Both the position numbers and the translations under genes were made by a program. Shown one piece after another: positions 52,040 to 61,741 of a stretch of 64,000 nucleotides of DNA. The stretch lies in contig DVKT01000045.1 in the NCBI GenBank assembly GCA_018715885.1, positions 5,526-69,525 of the forward strand. Direction: 5' to 3'. Numbering within the stretch: position 1 is the first letter of the stretch; every line of letters begins with the position of its first letter. The notes beneath the pieces were generated by a model that made no database searches, was not told the origin of the DNA, and was given only the letters and a program-made list of their open reading frames with translations. This stretch comes from Candidatus Caccoplasma intestinavium. Its GTDB lineage: Bacteria > Bacteroidota > Bacteroidia > Bacteroidales > UBA11471.

Positions 52040-53203
52040 ATGAATCGAATTCTCTTATTTTGCTTTTTCGCATCGTTACCCGTTTATTTGTTTTCGCAGA
52101 ATGCATTTGTCGTGCACGGTCATGTCGAGGGTTATCCCGATGGTACGGTGTTTACTTTGAAGCCTTTCGGTTCGGATACATTGAGTCAAGGAGAGTTTGC
52201 CATAAGAGGGGAAACGAAGAGAGAATTTAGGAGTTCTTTATATATCGGAGAGTCTTATTTGGAATCCTGTCTTGTATGGGTCGCTCCCGGAGCTGAAATA
52301 TTTATATCGGGAGATACGGCTGTTGTACCGAGATGTTGGGAGGTACGGAGCAATGTACCTCGTCAAAGAGAAGAAAATCGATATAAAGAGGCAACGAAAG
52401 ATTTACAAGAGCGGTATGCCGATAATCTGTTGCGGTTGGAAGAGGTGTATCGTTCGATTCCATCCAAAGTTTCGCCTGACGATATGGTAAATATGAATAA
52501 ATGGGAGGAAGTGAAGCGTTTACAACAGTTGAGAGATTCGTTGGAGGCAGAAATTTGCAGCAGGGAACTCGATTTGATGAAAGACTTGCCCGTAACTGCG
52601 GATTGGTTGTCCCGCTTATCTCGTTATGCCCGGGCGGTAGCCCAAGAAGAACGATACAGGGGATATCGGCCGCTTATACAAGATTGCTACGGTCGCCTCG
52701 ATGAGCCCCAACGGAATAGCGAAGACGGGAAATCGGTTTTGTTTTATTTGGCCTTAGAGATTATAGAAGAGGGCATGATGTGTCCCGATGTGGAGCTATT
52801 CGGCTTGGACGGGACTCGTTATCGCCTTTCCGACTTTCGGGGAAAATATATATTGCTTGATTTTTGGAGCGGGAGTTGCGGGCCGTGCAAAGCCTCGATA
52901 CCCGAATTGGAAAAAATCGTACAGGAAAATGAGCGATGTCTTACCCTCGTGAGTATTACGACAGACGGTGAAAAAAGTTGGCGAAAGTATTCCGATAAGC
53001 ATTCTTTTGTATGGCATAATCTTTGCGATGGAAGTGGTTGGAAAGGACTTGTCGCCCGTTTCGGATTTAATGGAGTTCCCGCTTTTGTCCTTCTTTCGCC
53101 CGAAGGTAAAGTTCTGTCCAAGCGGATAGGTTATGGAAAGGGAATCATAGACTGGTGGTTGGAGAAATTTATCGGAGCATCATATACGCGGGTAGAAAAA
53201 TAA
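52040..53203 (+). CDS. TlpA/AhpC-TSA-like thiol-disulfide oxidoreductase (DUF4369-type N-domain plus thioredoxin fold)
   Basis: Signal peptide, and LLDFWSGSCGPCKASIPEL carries the CxxC motif. Confidence 0.8.
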   Translation: MNRILLFCFFASLPVYLFSQNAFVVHGHVEGYPDGTVFTLKPFGSDTLSQGEFAIRGETKREFRSSLYIGESYLESCLVWVAPGAEIFISGDTAVVPRCWEVRSNVPRQREENRYKEATKDLQERYADNLLRLEEVYRSIPSKVSPDDMVNMNKWEEVKRLQQLRDSLEAEICSRELDLMKDLPVTADWLSRLSRYARAVAQEERYRGYRPLIQDCYGRLDEPQRNSEDGKSVLFYLALEIIEEGMMCPDVELFGLDGTRYRLSDFRGKYILLDFWSGSCGPCKASIPELEKIVQENERCLTLVSITTDGEKSWRKYSDKHSFVWHNLCDGSGWKGLVARFGFNGVPAFVLLSPEGKVLSKRIGYGKGIIDWWLEKFIGASYTRVEK

Positions 53204-53247
53204 ATTAAGAGATGATGTGAGAATTCGAATACTTGATTTAATGTATT

Positions 53248-54432
53248 TTGGCTATGAAAAAACATGTAGTATCATTGTTGCTGTTGTGGAGTGTCGTTTT
53301 CGGAGTTTGGGCCGAAAAAGGCTTTGTGATTCAGGGAAGTGTGGACGGTATTACACCGCAGTCGATGATTTCTCTCTATCGTGTTGATAATGGGAAGCGT
53401 TCGCTTTTGGACAAAGCTTACGTTACCCGGGGACGATTCAAACTCACCGGCAAGACTGCCGGCAGTACGGCCGAGGAGGTTTATATCATGTTGAGTGATA
53501 AAAAATCGCCTTCACGGACACTCGCATTGTGGGTATTGCCCGGTGCGAAAATCAAAGTGTTTGGCGATAATCGTATCGCCGCTTTGTGGACGGTCGAAAG
53601 TGATGTCGCTGAGCAGAAAGAGTCCAATCTTTATGCTGCCGCTGTGCGACCATTCTTGGCGGAGTATTGGAATTATTACCCCGAAAAAGCGAAATTGGAA
53701 ACCCTCTATCGGGACAAGAATACGCCTCGGGAAAAACGTTCGGCGGTGCGAAAACAAATCAATGCTATAACGGCGAAACAAGATTCTATACAATCATTGA
53801 TGTATAAGGCCGAGATAGATATTATGCAGACAGCTCCGGTCGGAGATATCTGGCTTATGCATTTGGCCCAGTTGGCAATGGTTTCGCGTACACAAAAGAA
53901 TTTCCCGTATAAAGCAGAACTTGTCAACTTGTATGAAAACCGTATGACCGATGTCTTGAAGGCCAAAGAGTATGGAGTAGTGGCTCGGGCGAATCTTTTC
54001 CAGAGGACGGTCGACGTGGGTGATGCTCTTGTCGATGCTGATTTGTATGATTTGGCCGGAGGCGTGCATCATCTATCCGATTATCGGGGTAAGTATGTTT
54101 TGCTCGATTTTTGGGCGAGAAGTTGTGCCCCGTGTCTGGCTGCGATGCCCGAACTTGCGCAACTTTTTGCAAATAACTCCGATAGCCTTGTCGTAGTGGG
54201 TCTCAGCCTCGACGATGAAGATACTTGGTTACAGACGTCTCGGGAGAAAAAAATCTCTTGGGTAAATCTCAATGAGAAGAAAGGGGCTGCGGGATTGAAT
54301 GTCGCTTATAATGTATCTTCGATTCCGCATTATGTACTTATCTCTCCCGAGGGAAAGGTGTTGAGTATCTTCAAAGGTTATAAGAAAAACCGTATATATA
54401 ATGAGTTGAAGAAGTATATCGCGGTAAAATAG
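53248..54432 (+). CDS. TlpA/AhpC-TSA-like thiol-disulfide oxidoreductase, tandem paralogue
   Basis: Signal peptide, and LLDFWARSCAPCLAAMPEL carries the CxxC motif. Confidence 0.8.
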   Translation: MAMKKHVVSLLLLWSVVFGVWAEKGFVIQGSVDGITPQSMISLYRVDNGKRSLLDKAYVTRGRFKLTGKTAGSTAEEVYIMLSDKKSPSRTLALWVLPGAKIKVFGDNRIAALWTVESDVAEQKESNLYAAAVRPFLAEYWNYYPEKAKLETLYRDKNTPREKRSAVRKQINAITAKQDSIQSLMYKAEIDIMQTAPVGDIWLMHLAQLAMVSRTQKNFPYKAELVNLYENRMTDVLKAKEYGVVARANLFQRTVDVGDALVDADLYDLAGGVHHLSDYRGKYVLLDFWARSCAPCLAAMPELAQLFANNSDSLVVVGLSLDDEDTWLQTSREKKISWVNLNEKKGAAGLNVAYNVSSIPHYVLISPEGKVLSIFKGYKKNRIYNELKKYIAVK

Positions 54433-54476
54433 TGGTGGAAAAGATTGGGAAGGAAGTTTTTGAGATCGGTATTTAT

Positions 54477-54512
54477 AAAAAGAATAGAGTCTTGCAAGAC
54501 TCTATTCTTTTT
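54477..54512. terminator. Bidirectional terminator between convergent genes
   Basis: AAAAAGAATAGAGTC-TTGCAA-GACTCTATTCTTTTT. Confidence 0.8.
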
Positions 54513-54518
54513 ATAATA

Positions 54519-55373
54519 TCAACTGAAAACGCCGCTCAGGTATTGCTTGGTAAGCTCGTGTTGCGGATTTTTAAACAACTCTTCGGCTGTTCCTTGTTCG
54601 ATGACTTCGCCCATATACATGAAAACCACGTAGTCGGCGATACGCAAGGCTTGGCGTAGGGTGTGGGTTACCATGATGATTCCGTAGCGTTCGCGCAATT
54701 TGGCGAAGAGGTCTTCGATATGTTTGCTCGATATGGGATCGAGAGCCGAGGTTGATTCGTCGGCAAGAATGAATTGTGGTTCTACGGCAAGACCGCGTGC
54801 CAAACACAGTCTTTGCTGTTGGCCGATAGAGAGTGCCGACGCCGGACTATGCAGGCGGTCTTTCACCTCTTCCCACAGATTGACTCCTTTCAAGTATTTT
54901 TCTACCGTTGCATCGAGAACCCTCCGGTTGCGCACGCCGTGTATGCGGCAACCGTATGTGATGTTATCGTATATCGACATGGGTAGAGGAGTAGGGCGTT
55001 GTGAAAGCAGCCCTATTTTTTTTCGTATATGAGTGATTTCGGCTTTGTGGTCGTAAATGTCTTCTCCGCTGACCAATACCCGTCCTTCGACCCGTAAATG
55101 TTCGGTCGTGTCGATCATTCGGTTGATGCTGCGCAACAAGGTCGTTTTACCGCACCCCGAAGGGCCGATGATACAAGTTATTTTTTTATCGTGCAGCGTA
55201 AGATTGACGTTTTTGAGAATATGGTTGTTGCGGATATAGATATTCAAGTTCTCGATTTGGATAACGGCGTCTTCATCACGCCCGCTTTCCTCGGCGAGAG
55301 AGACTTCCTTTTCTTGCCGGTTTATCGGGTTTAAATGTCCAAATATGTTGAATAGGGATTTTTCTTTCTCCAT
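54519..55373 (-). CDS. pstB: Phosphate ABC transporter ATP-binding protein
   Basis: GPSGCGKTT (Walker A), LSIGQQQRLCLAR (signature) and ILADESTSALD (Walker B). Confidence 0.95.
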   Translation of the reverse strand: MEKEKSLFNIFGHLNPINRQEKEVSLAEESGRDEDAVIQIENLNIYIRNNHILKNVNLTLHDKKITCIIGPSGCGKTTLLRSINRMIDTTEHLRVEGRVLVSGEDIYDHKAEITHIRKKIGLLSQRPTPLPMSIYDNITYGCRIHGVRNRRVLDATVEKYLKGVNLWEEVKDRLHSPASALSIGQQQRLCLARGLAVEPQFILADESTSALDPISSKHIEDLFAKLRERYGIIMVTHTLRQALRIADYVVFMYMGEVIEQGTAEELFKNPQHELTKQYLSGVFS

Positions 55374-56221
55374 TATTTGATCTTGTTTTTAGAGAAACGG
55401 TGAGTAATCATGCGCCCCACGATACTCAGTACCAAAACGATAAGCGTAAGCAGCAGGGCTGCGGCGTAAGCGCGTTCGCGAACTTCGGGCAGAGGACTGC
55501 TCAGCTGGAAGAAGATCGCCAGCGGTAAGGTTGCCGCCGGTTGGTCGAGAGAAGTAGGTATGCTGTCGGTGAATCCTGCGGTAAACATGACGCCCGCTGC
55601 ATCGCCTATGGCGCGTCCTATCGATAAAAGAGTTGCGGTCGCGATACCCGGTGCGATTTGCCGTATGGCGACTTTTATGGTTTCATAACGGGTCGCTCCC
55701 AGTGAGTAGGTTGCTTCGAGCAAATGTTTGGGCAACTGGCGGGCGACTTCGTCCATGGAGCGGACAAAGATCGGTATAATGAGCAGTGTAATGACGATGA
55801 TACCGCCCAGCAACGATGTCCGCAATCCGAGGAATATCATGATGGTAAATCCGAAAGCACCGTACACAATCGAGGGGATACCATATAGTACGTCGAACGA
55901 AAGACGCGTAATACTGGCCAGTTTGGAATCGTTTTTCAGATAGATGTTGATGAAAAATACAATGGGAATACTGATGAGTAACCCCAGTATCGTCGATGCT
56001 CCTACAATGTAGATCGAACCGACAATGGCGTTGAGTACACCGCCTTCTTTGCCTATGTAGAACCCGCCGCCGGGCAGTTGGGTAATCATATCCCAAGACA
56101 TAGCCGGCCAGCCGTTGCGTATGATCGTGATGAGGATACTGCCTAAAAAGGCAAATACGAGGATTACCGAGATGATCATCAACCCGAAGAATATTTTCTC
56201 AACGATAAATTTTGTTTTCAT
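55373..56221 (-). CDS. pstA: Phosphate ABC transporter permease PstA
   Basis: 282-aa six-TM permease in pstSCAB order. Confidence 0.9.
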   Translation of the reverse strand: MKTKFIVEKIFFGLMIISVILVFAFLGSILITIIRNGWPAMSWDMITQLPGGGFYIGKEGGVLNAIVGSIYIVGASTILGLLISIPIVFFINIYLKNDSKLASITRLSFDVLYGIPSIVYGAFGFTIMIFLGLRTSLLGGIIVITLLIIPIFVRSMDEVARQLPKHLLEATYSLGATRYETIKVAIRQIAPGIATATLLSIGRAIGDAAGVMFTAGFTDSIPTSLDQPAATLPLAIFFQLSSPLPEVRERAYAAALLLTLIVLVLSIVGRMITHRFSKNKIK

Positions 56222-56240
56222 ACGTCAGGACTCCCTCCGG

Positions 56241-57149
56241 TTACATCTTATAGCTCCGCTCGATATTTCGTAATATCCAGCGGGATATGATATTGAACAC
56301 CAAAATAATAAAGAACAATATAAAGGCGGCAAACATGAGAGCCGACTCGTAAAGAGGCAGCGACAACATTTCACCGTAATTGTTGGCGATAAGTGCGGGA
56401 AGCGGGTAACAGGGGTCGAAAAGCGACCGTGGTATGGCGGCGTAATTTCCGCATACCATCAATACGGCTATGGTTTCGCCGAAAGCTTTCGATATGGACA
56501 GTACAACGGCAGCGACGATTCCCGGCATGGCTTTTCGCAGGATAACCTTTGAGCAAGTCTGCCATTTGGTTGCTCCCAGTGAAGCCGAGGCTTCCCGGTA
56601 ATCTTGCGGGACGATGGTGAATATTTCGATGAGCAGACTTACCAATATGGGCAGTATCATGATACCCAATACGATACCACTGGCCAGAACGGTATATCCG
56701 CTGGTATAGTCGACAAATCGGGGCCCGAGTTTATCGGCAATCCACGGTACAATGATGAGTGTGCCCCAGACACCGTATACGACCGACGGAATGCCGGCCA
56801 AAATGTCGAATATGGGAAATACGATACGTTTTACCCACGAACCGGCATATTCGGTCAGGAAAATGGCCGAGAGCAGGGAGATGGGCAACGCGATGGCAAT
56901 CGACAAAGCCGTTACGAAAAGTGTTCCTACGATAAAAGGCAGGAATCCGAATTCTCCGCTGAGGGGTTTCCATGCCGATCCCGAAAGCAGTTCCCATAGG
57001 GAATGTTCCGATAAGATAAGGCGGCTTTTGAAAAATAGCCCGATTCCTATGGCGATAAGCAACAACAGCGATAATACGGTAAGGACAAGCATGACCCACC
57101 GGGCTGCCTTGTCCTTGAATATGCGTCGTTGTAACAGCGATAAATCCAT
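56241..57149 (-). CDS. pstC: Phosphate ABC transporter permease PstC
   Basis: 302-aa permease in pstSCAB order. Confidence 0.9.
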   Translation of the reverse strand: MDLSLLQRRIFKDKAARWVMLVLTVLSLLLLIAIGIGLFFKSRLILSEHSLWELLSGSAWKPLSGEFGFLPFIVGTLFVTALSIAIALPISLLSAIFLTEYAGSWVKRIVFPIFDILAGIPSVVYGVWGTLIIVPWIADKLGPRFVDYTSGYTVLASGIVLGIMILPILVSLLIEIFTIVPQDYREASASLGATKWQTCSKVILRKAMPGIVAAVVLSISKAFGETIAVLMVCGNYAAIPRSLFDPCYPLPALIANNYGEMLSLPLYESALMFAAFILFFIILVFNIISRWILRNIERSYKM

Positions 57150-57157
57150 CGGCGACG

Positions 57158-58138
57158 TTAGGGATTGAGTTTTTTAAGACTTTGATCTATTGTCGTTTGG
57201 GGAAGAGGTATATATCCTGTCTCGATGGCGTATTTTTGGCCTTCGGAGAGAGCGTATTTGATAAATTCCACGACTGCCGGATTTCGAGGCACACCGTTAC
57301 TTACCAAGTACAGGTCGCGAGCAGGGGGAGACGGATAACGGCCTTCGCCGATCGCTTTGATAAGGTCGGCACTATTTCCATAAAATTTTTCGTCCTCATC
57401 GATTTGTCCGTTTTCGTTTATGTCGAGAGGAATTACAGCCAGCCCTTCATAGGGTTTATGGGTACGCATATCATACGCGTAAGCGATGTTGTTGTAGCCG
57501 ATGCCTACACGGTCTTTTTGTACGGCGGCCGATACGCCGGGATCTCCATATACGGCAGTACCTTGCAGTTGTTCTTGCCGTTTACCGAACCATATGGCCC
57601 ATGTCTCGGCTGCTCCGCAGGCGTCGGAACGGGTATACACATGCACGGGAATCGTACTTTCGATACCCAATAAGTCTCCGTATGTGGCGTATTGATTGTT
57701 CCAAAGAGCAGCGGCAGTTGCTTTGGTCAGACCTTTTTTGCAGACATCGTCGAAATGCGGATTGGCGACATTGATTGTTGCTACGACCGCGTCTTTTACG
57801 ACCGCGAAACCTAAGGCGCCCTTTTGTGCTTCTACTTCGTATATTTCCCGGGAAACCATGCCGAGGTCTACGACTTTGGCCAATGCATCGGTCATGCCTT
57901 TTCCTGCGCCTCCCCCCGATATGTCAATGCGTACATTGGGGTGAAGTTTACGAAATTCGTCCGCCCATTTGACAACCATCGGATAAAGGGCGAATGCCCC
58001 CGAAAAAGAGATCTCACCTTTCAGCGTGTCTCCTGCGGCAATTTGGTCGTTTTGAGATTCGTTTTTCCCCGACGATGGTTTACAACTTGTCGTTAAGACC
58101 AGAGAAAATATGCTTGCGAGCCATATTAATTTTTTCAT
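57158..58138 (-). CDS. pstS: Phosphate-binding protein PstS (lipoprotein)
   Basis: 326 aa with the lipobox LTTSC; first gene of the pst operon. Confidence 0.9.
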   Translation of the reverse strand: MKKLIWLASIFSLVLTTSCKPSSGKNESQNDQIAAGDTLKGEISFSGAFALYPMVVKWADEFRKLHPNVRIDISGGGAGKGMTDALAKVVDLGMVSREIYEVEAQKGALGFAVVKDAVVATINVANPHFDDVCKKGLTKATAAALWNNQYATYGDLLGIESTIPVHVYTRSDACGAAETWAIWFGKRQEQLQGTAVYGDPGVSAAVQKDRVGIGYNNIAYAYDMRTHKPYEGLAVIPLDINENGQIDEDEKFYGNSADLIKAIGEGRYPSPPARDLYLVSNGVPRNPAVVEFIKYALSEGQKYAIETGYIPLPQTTIDQSLKKLNP

Positions 58139-58292
58139 AATCCGAAAAATATTTATCCGTCTTCCCTCGGCTTGTATTTGATCGGGAAAGAAAGTCGGTC
58201 ATTTCTTTGTAAAGATTTGCAAATCTACGAATAAAACTCGATATGCGGGTCTTGTTTTACCTTTTTTGTGTAAAAGGGGCACGTAGGGAGCG

Positions 58293-60932
58293 TTATTCCC
58301 CTTTCAGTTGGCGAATTTGTTTTTCTGCTTCATCGGCAAGGCGGTCGGCTTGCTTTTTGGCCTCTTCCACCAATTTTGTTTTAGCTGCTTTTGCTGCAAT
58401 TTTGGCTACGGGATTCGATGCCTTTTCTACCAACTTTTCTCCCTCTCTTTCTGCTGCTTCTACCAGTTTTTGTCCTGCTTCTTCGGCTTTTTTCCTGATA
58501 TTGGCCACTTGCTCTTCGGTTGTGCCTTTACCCGCAAGAGCCTCGACCACTTTATTCCCAACGGCTTGTTTTACGATCGATTTGGTATCGATCTCTATTG
58601 TAGGTTTGGTAAAGGTCCCGCCTATATTGGCGTTGATGACACCTACATAGTCGCTGATGCCTTTCTCATTACTCAGGTCGATGACAGCCAAATAATCGAT
58701 GCTCTGATCGAGTCCGGTAGTACCTGACAGCGTGAGTTTGGTATGGCCGATTTTCAAGTCGAACGGAGACGTCTGTATGCGTCCGTCGGAGACAGAAAAT
58801 GAAATATTGATATCTTTGGCTTCGACTTTGCGCAACTTATCGTTTTTTAACAAGTTAGCCAGCAGGTCGAATACTTCGAGATTTTGTATTTCTACGTTGC
58901 TCGATTTCAGAGATCCTTTGGCCGAGAGTGTTTGGAGTATAGGCGACATTTTCGAGTCGAGACGTGTGTTCAGGTCGATGGCAATCGAATAGTTGCCTCC
59001 GGTTTTTGCGAACAGGGGAACCATTTGTCGGATTAAGTCGAGTTGCTCGAAAGTTTCTTTGAACGAGGCATCTTTGATGTTCAACGCGAATGCCGCTTTC
59101 GGAGATGTCGTAGATAGGGCCGTACTATATGAGCCGTTGGCCGATATGTTACCGCCGAGAGCGTCGACCGAGATGCGGTTCAGTGTCGCTGTACCTTTTT
59201 TTATGCTTACTTTCCCGGTAAAGTTATCGAGAGTCATACCGTCAAAAAATATCTTTTTTATGTCGGTCTGCAAGGAGAGATCCAAATCTTCCGGTACGAC
59301 GAGAACCCCGACCGAAGTCGTATCTGTATCTTCTTGTACATTGGCTTGTTCGTTGGAAGAAGACGTCGTTAAAAACTCGTTGAGATCGAGAAGAGAAGAT
59401 GTCAGCGAGAGATTTCCCGATAGAGTCTCTCCGGTCATAAAGTAGGGCAGATAATTGCTTATTTTGCCTTTGGCTTGCAAATCGCTTTTGCCGATGGTGA
59501 GGTCGAACCGGTTTAATGTCAATTCTTTGGGGGTGATTTGAGCGTCGGCTTGCGTCAGAACGACAGGCGGGAATCCCGTGAGAGCGAGATTCATGTCCGA
59601 AATCGAAAGATTACCTTTCCCTTTTATATTTTGATAGTTCTCTTTTTCTATGTCCGACATTCGTCCATCGAGTGTAAGGGCTGTCGTAATGATACCGTTG
59701 AGAGAAATGGAATCGCCCAACGGATAAATTTTTTCTATCTCTCCGAGGTTGATGGTTCCGTCGGCCGAGATATTGAAAAGCATATCGGAAACAGGGTGGG
59801 CTGCGTGCAGCGTAATGGCGAACGGGTTATCGGCAAACGTGAATTTAAACGTGTTTATGTCTATGGTCGTCAGGTCGAGATCTCCTCCGGTGTTGGCGAC
59901 TTGTAAAGCAATCGTTATGTCGTCGACCGAACGTGGCATACCCGTATAGAAAACTTTGGCTTTGTCGACATCGAGGGCGAGGGTAAATGCCGGTATCGTT
60001 TTTTCGTCGAGACGCCCTTTGGCTTCGGCCTTTAATGAAACATTTCCCGAGGTTTGTAGGTCGGCGAAATTATTTTGGTAAATGGCCGGAATCATCGATA
60101 AAATATCCTTGAAATTGATTTTGGGCGTAGAAAGATTTATATCCATTTCTATACCGTCGTCGGGCAATGCTACCCAGCCGTCGAGGGCCATCTCTATGGC
60201 ATTGAGGCGTAAACGATTCTCGTCGAAAGTGAATTTGTAATTATCGAGGTCGGCGAGCAGATTCATGTCTATCTCTATTTCCGCATCTTTGAGATAAGTA
60301 ACCCTATCCATCGAAAGTAAAATATCCTGTATCGAAGCCTTGCATTGTAAGGCGGTCTGCATGCCGCTGAGTTTTCCCGTAAGGGCAAGATTCAGTTTTC
60401 CGGTAGAAAAGACGGTTCCGCTTTCCATATCCGTATAGGAAATGCTGGCATCGGTGATGCGGAATTTGCGCAGTTGCAAATCGAATGCGCTGTCGCTTGT
60501 CTCTTCGGTTGTTGCATTTTCTTCTTCGGTGTCGTCGCTTTTCATGATGTCCCAGTTTACCGTACCCCCCTTATGTATGAAAGCGTTGACTATCGGTCGA
60601 TCGAGTGTAACATAGGAAATTTCATACCCCGAGTCGCCGAAAAGGCTCAGTAAGTCGACGGCTGCCGCTATTTCATCAGCGGCGACGAGCGTATCACCGT
60701 CGAATTCCCCGATGCCTACCACACTCAAATTTTTCAGTTCTATGGTTGCTTTGGGAAAATTGCGTAACAGGCTGATGTCGAGTTCTTCAAAATCGAGTTT
60801 AGCATTCAGCATTTTATTGGCTTCCGTTTTTACGATGTCGGCGATTTTCCCTTTCAGCAATAACGGTATGGCTATGAGCAATACTATGAGCACTGCGATG
60901 ACAATAGCTGAGATTTTTAAGAACTTTTTCAT
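58293..60932 (-). CDS. AsmA-family outer-membrane biogenesis protein
   Basis: Start reset to MKKFLKISAIVIAVLIVLLIAIPLLL (TM anchor). The body is long and beta-rich, and the C-terminus is lysine/alanine-rich and helical. Confidence 0.7.
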   Translation of the reverse strand: MKKFLKISAIVIAVLIVLLIAIPLLLKGKIADIVKTEANKMLNAKLDFEELDISLLRNFPKATIELKNLSVVGIGEFDGDTLVAADEIAAAVDLLSLFGDSGYEISYVTLDRPIVNAFIHKGGTVNWDIMKSDDTEEENATTEETSDSAFDLQLRKFRITDASISYTDMESGTVFSTGKLNLALTGKLSGMQTALQCKASIQDILLSMDRVTYLKDAEIEIDMNLLADLDNYKFTFDENRLRLNAIEMALDGWVALPDDGIEMDINLSTPKINFKDILSMIPAIYQNNFADLQTSGNVSLKAEAKGRLDEKTIPAFTLALDVDKAKVFYTGMPRSVDDITIALQVANTGGDLDLTTIDINTFKFTFADNPFAITLHAAHPVSDMLFNISADGTINLGEIEKIYPLGDSISLNGIITTALTLDGRMSDIEKENYQNIKGKGNLSISDMNLALTGFPPVVLTQADAQITPKELTLNRFDLTIGKSDLQAKGKISNYLPYFMTGETLSGNLSLTSSLLDLNEFLTTSSSNEQANVQEDTDTTSVGVLVVPEDLDLSLQTDIKKIFFDGMTLDNFTGKVSIKKGTATLNRISVDALGGNISANGSYSTALSTTSPKAAFALNIKDASFKETFEQLDLIRQMVPLFAKTGGNYSIAIDLNTRLDSKMSPILQTLSAKGSLKSSNVEIQNLEVFDLLANLLKNDKLRKVEAKDINISFSVSDGRIQTSPFDLKIGHTKLTLSGTTGLDQSIDYLAVIDLSNEKGISDYVGVINANIGGTFTKPTIEIDTKSIVKQAVGNKVVEALAGKGTTEEQVANIRKKAEEAGQKLVEAAEREGEKLVEKASNPVAKIAAKAAKTKLVEEAKKQADRLADEAEKQIRQLKGE

Positions 60933-61199
60933 AATAATAATTTTTGCCGGTCGATCATTGTCGTCGAAAAACAATAAGAAAAGCCGGTGATGTTTTTGGC
61001 AAGAAACTTTATACAGACAAGCAAAGGTAAGAAAACTTTCTCATAATGGGAATTGCTGTGGTTTTATTAATTGTTCCGAAAAGTCGCAATTTGTGATAAA
61101 ATTTCTTTTTCCTTTGTTATATAAGACCTATTGGGTATCTTTGTAGGAGAAAGTAGCTGAAAAGAGATTTTTGTGAGTATAAAATTTTTTAGGTTTGGT

Positions 61200-61655
61200 A
61201 TGAATATTTTGAAACCAGATGTGCCGGTAGGATTGGCTTGTGATCATGCCGGTTATGAATTAAAACAATTTGTCATAGACTTACTTTCTCAAAAGGGTAT
61301 TCCGTATAAGGATTTCGGGACGTATTCGACCGAGAGTTGCGATTATCCCGATTTTGCCCATCCTTTGGCTTTTGCTGTTGAGAGTGGCGAATGCTATCCC
61401 GGTATTGCGGTATGCGGGAGCGGCAATGGTATAAATATAACGCTGAACAAGCATCAGGGTGTGCGGGCGGCACTTTGTTGGATAGAGGAAATCGCACGTT
61501 TGGCACGTCAACACAACGATGCCAATATCTGTGTCATGCCTGGTCGCTTTATCGATCATGATACGGCTCGTCGCATTGTGGAGGCTTTTCTCGATACCGA
61601 TTTCGAGGGCGGCCGGCATCAACGCCGTATCGATAAAATTCCGGTAAAAAGATAG
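61200..61655 (+). CDS. rpiB: Ribose-5-phosphate isomerase B
   Basis: LACDHAGYELK...AVCGSGNGINITLNKHQGVRAAL matches the RpiB/LacAB family. Confidence 0.9.
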   Translation: MNILKPDVPVGLACDHAGYELKQFVIDLLSQKGIPYKDFGTYSTESCDYPDFAHPLAFAVESGECYPGIAVCGSGNGINITLNKHQGVRAALCWIEEIARLARQHNDANICVMPGRFIDHDTARRIVEAFLDTDFEGGRHQRRIDKIPVKR

Positions 61656-61686
61656 ATATTCGGTAAAACGAATTCTTGTCATAGAT

Positions 61687-61721
61687 AAAAAATAGCCGAT
61701 ATTTTATGTCGGCTATTTTTT
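61687..61721. terminator. Bidirectional terminator
   Basis: AAAAAATAGCCGA-TATTTTATG-TCGGCTATTTTTT. Confidence 0.75.
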
Positions 61722-61741
61722 ATTCCCGGTATGATCAAGTA

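Noticed and set aside
52040-54432. Tandem TlpA-like thioredoxin paralogues as something unusual
   Set aside because: Tandem DUF4369-thioredoxin lipoprotein paralogues are commonplace in Bacteroidales. Both have intact CxxC motifs and nothing is anomalous.
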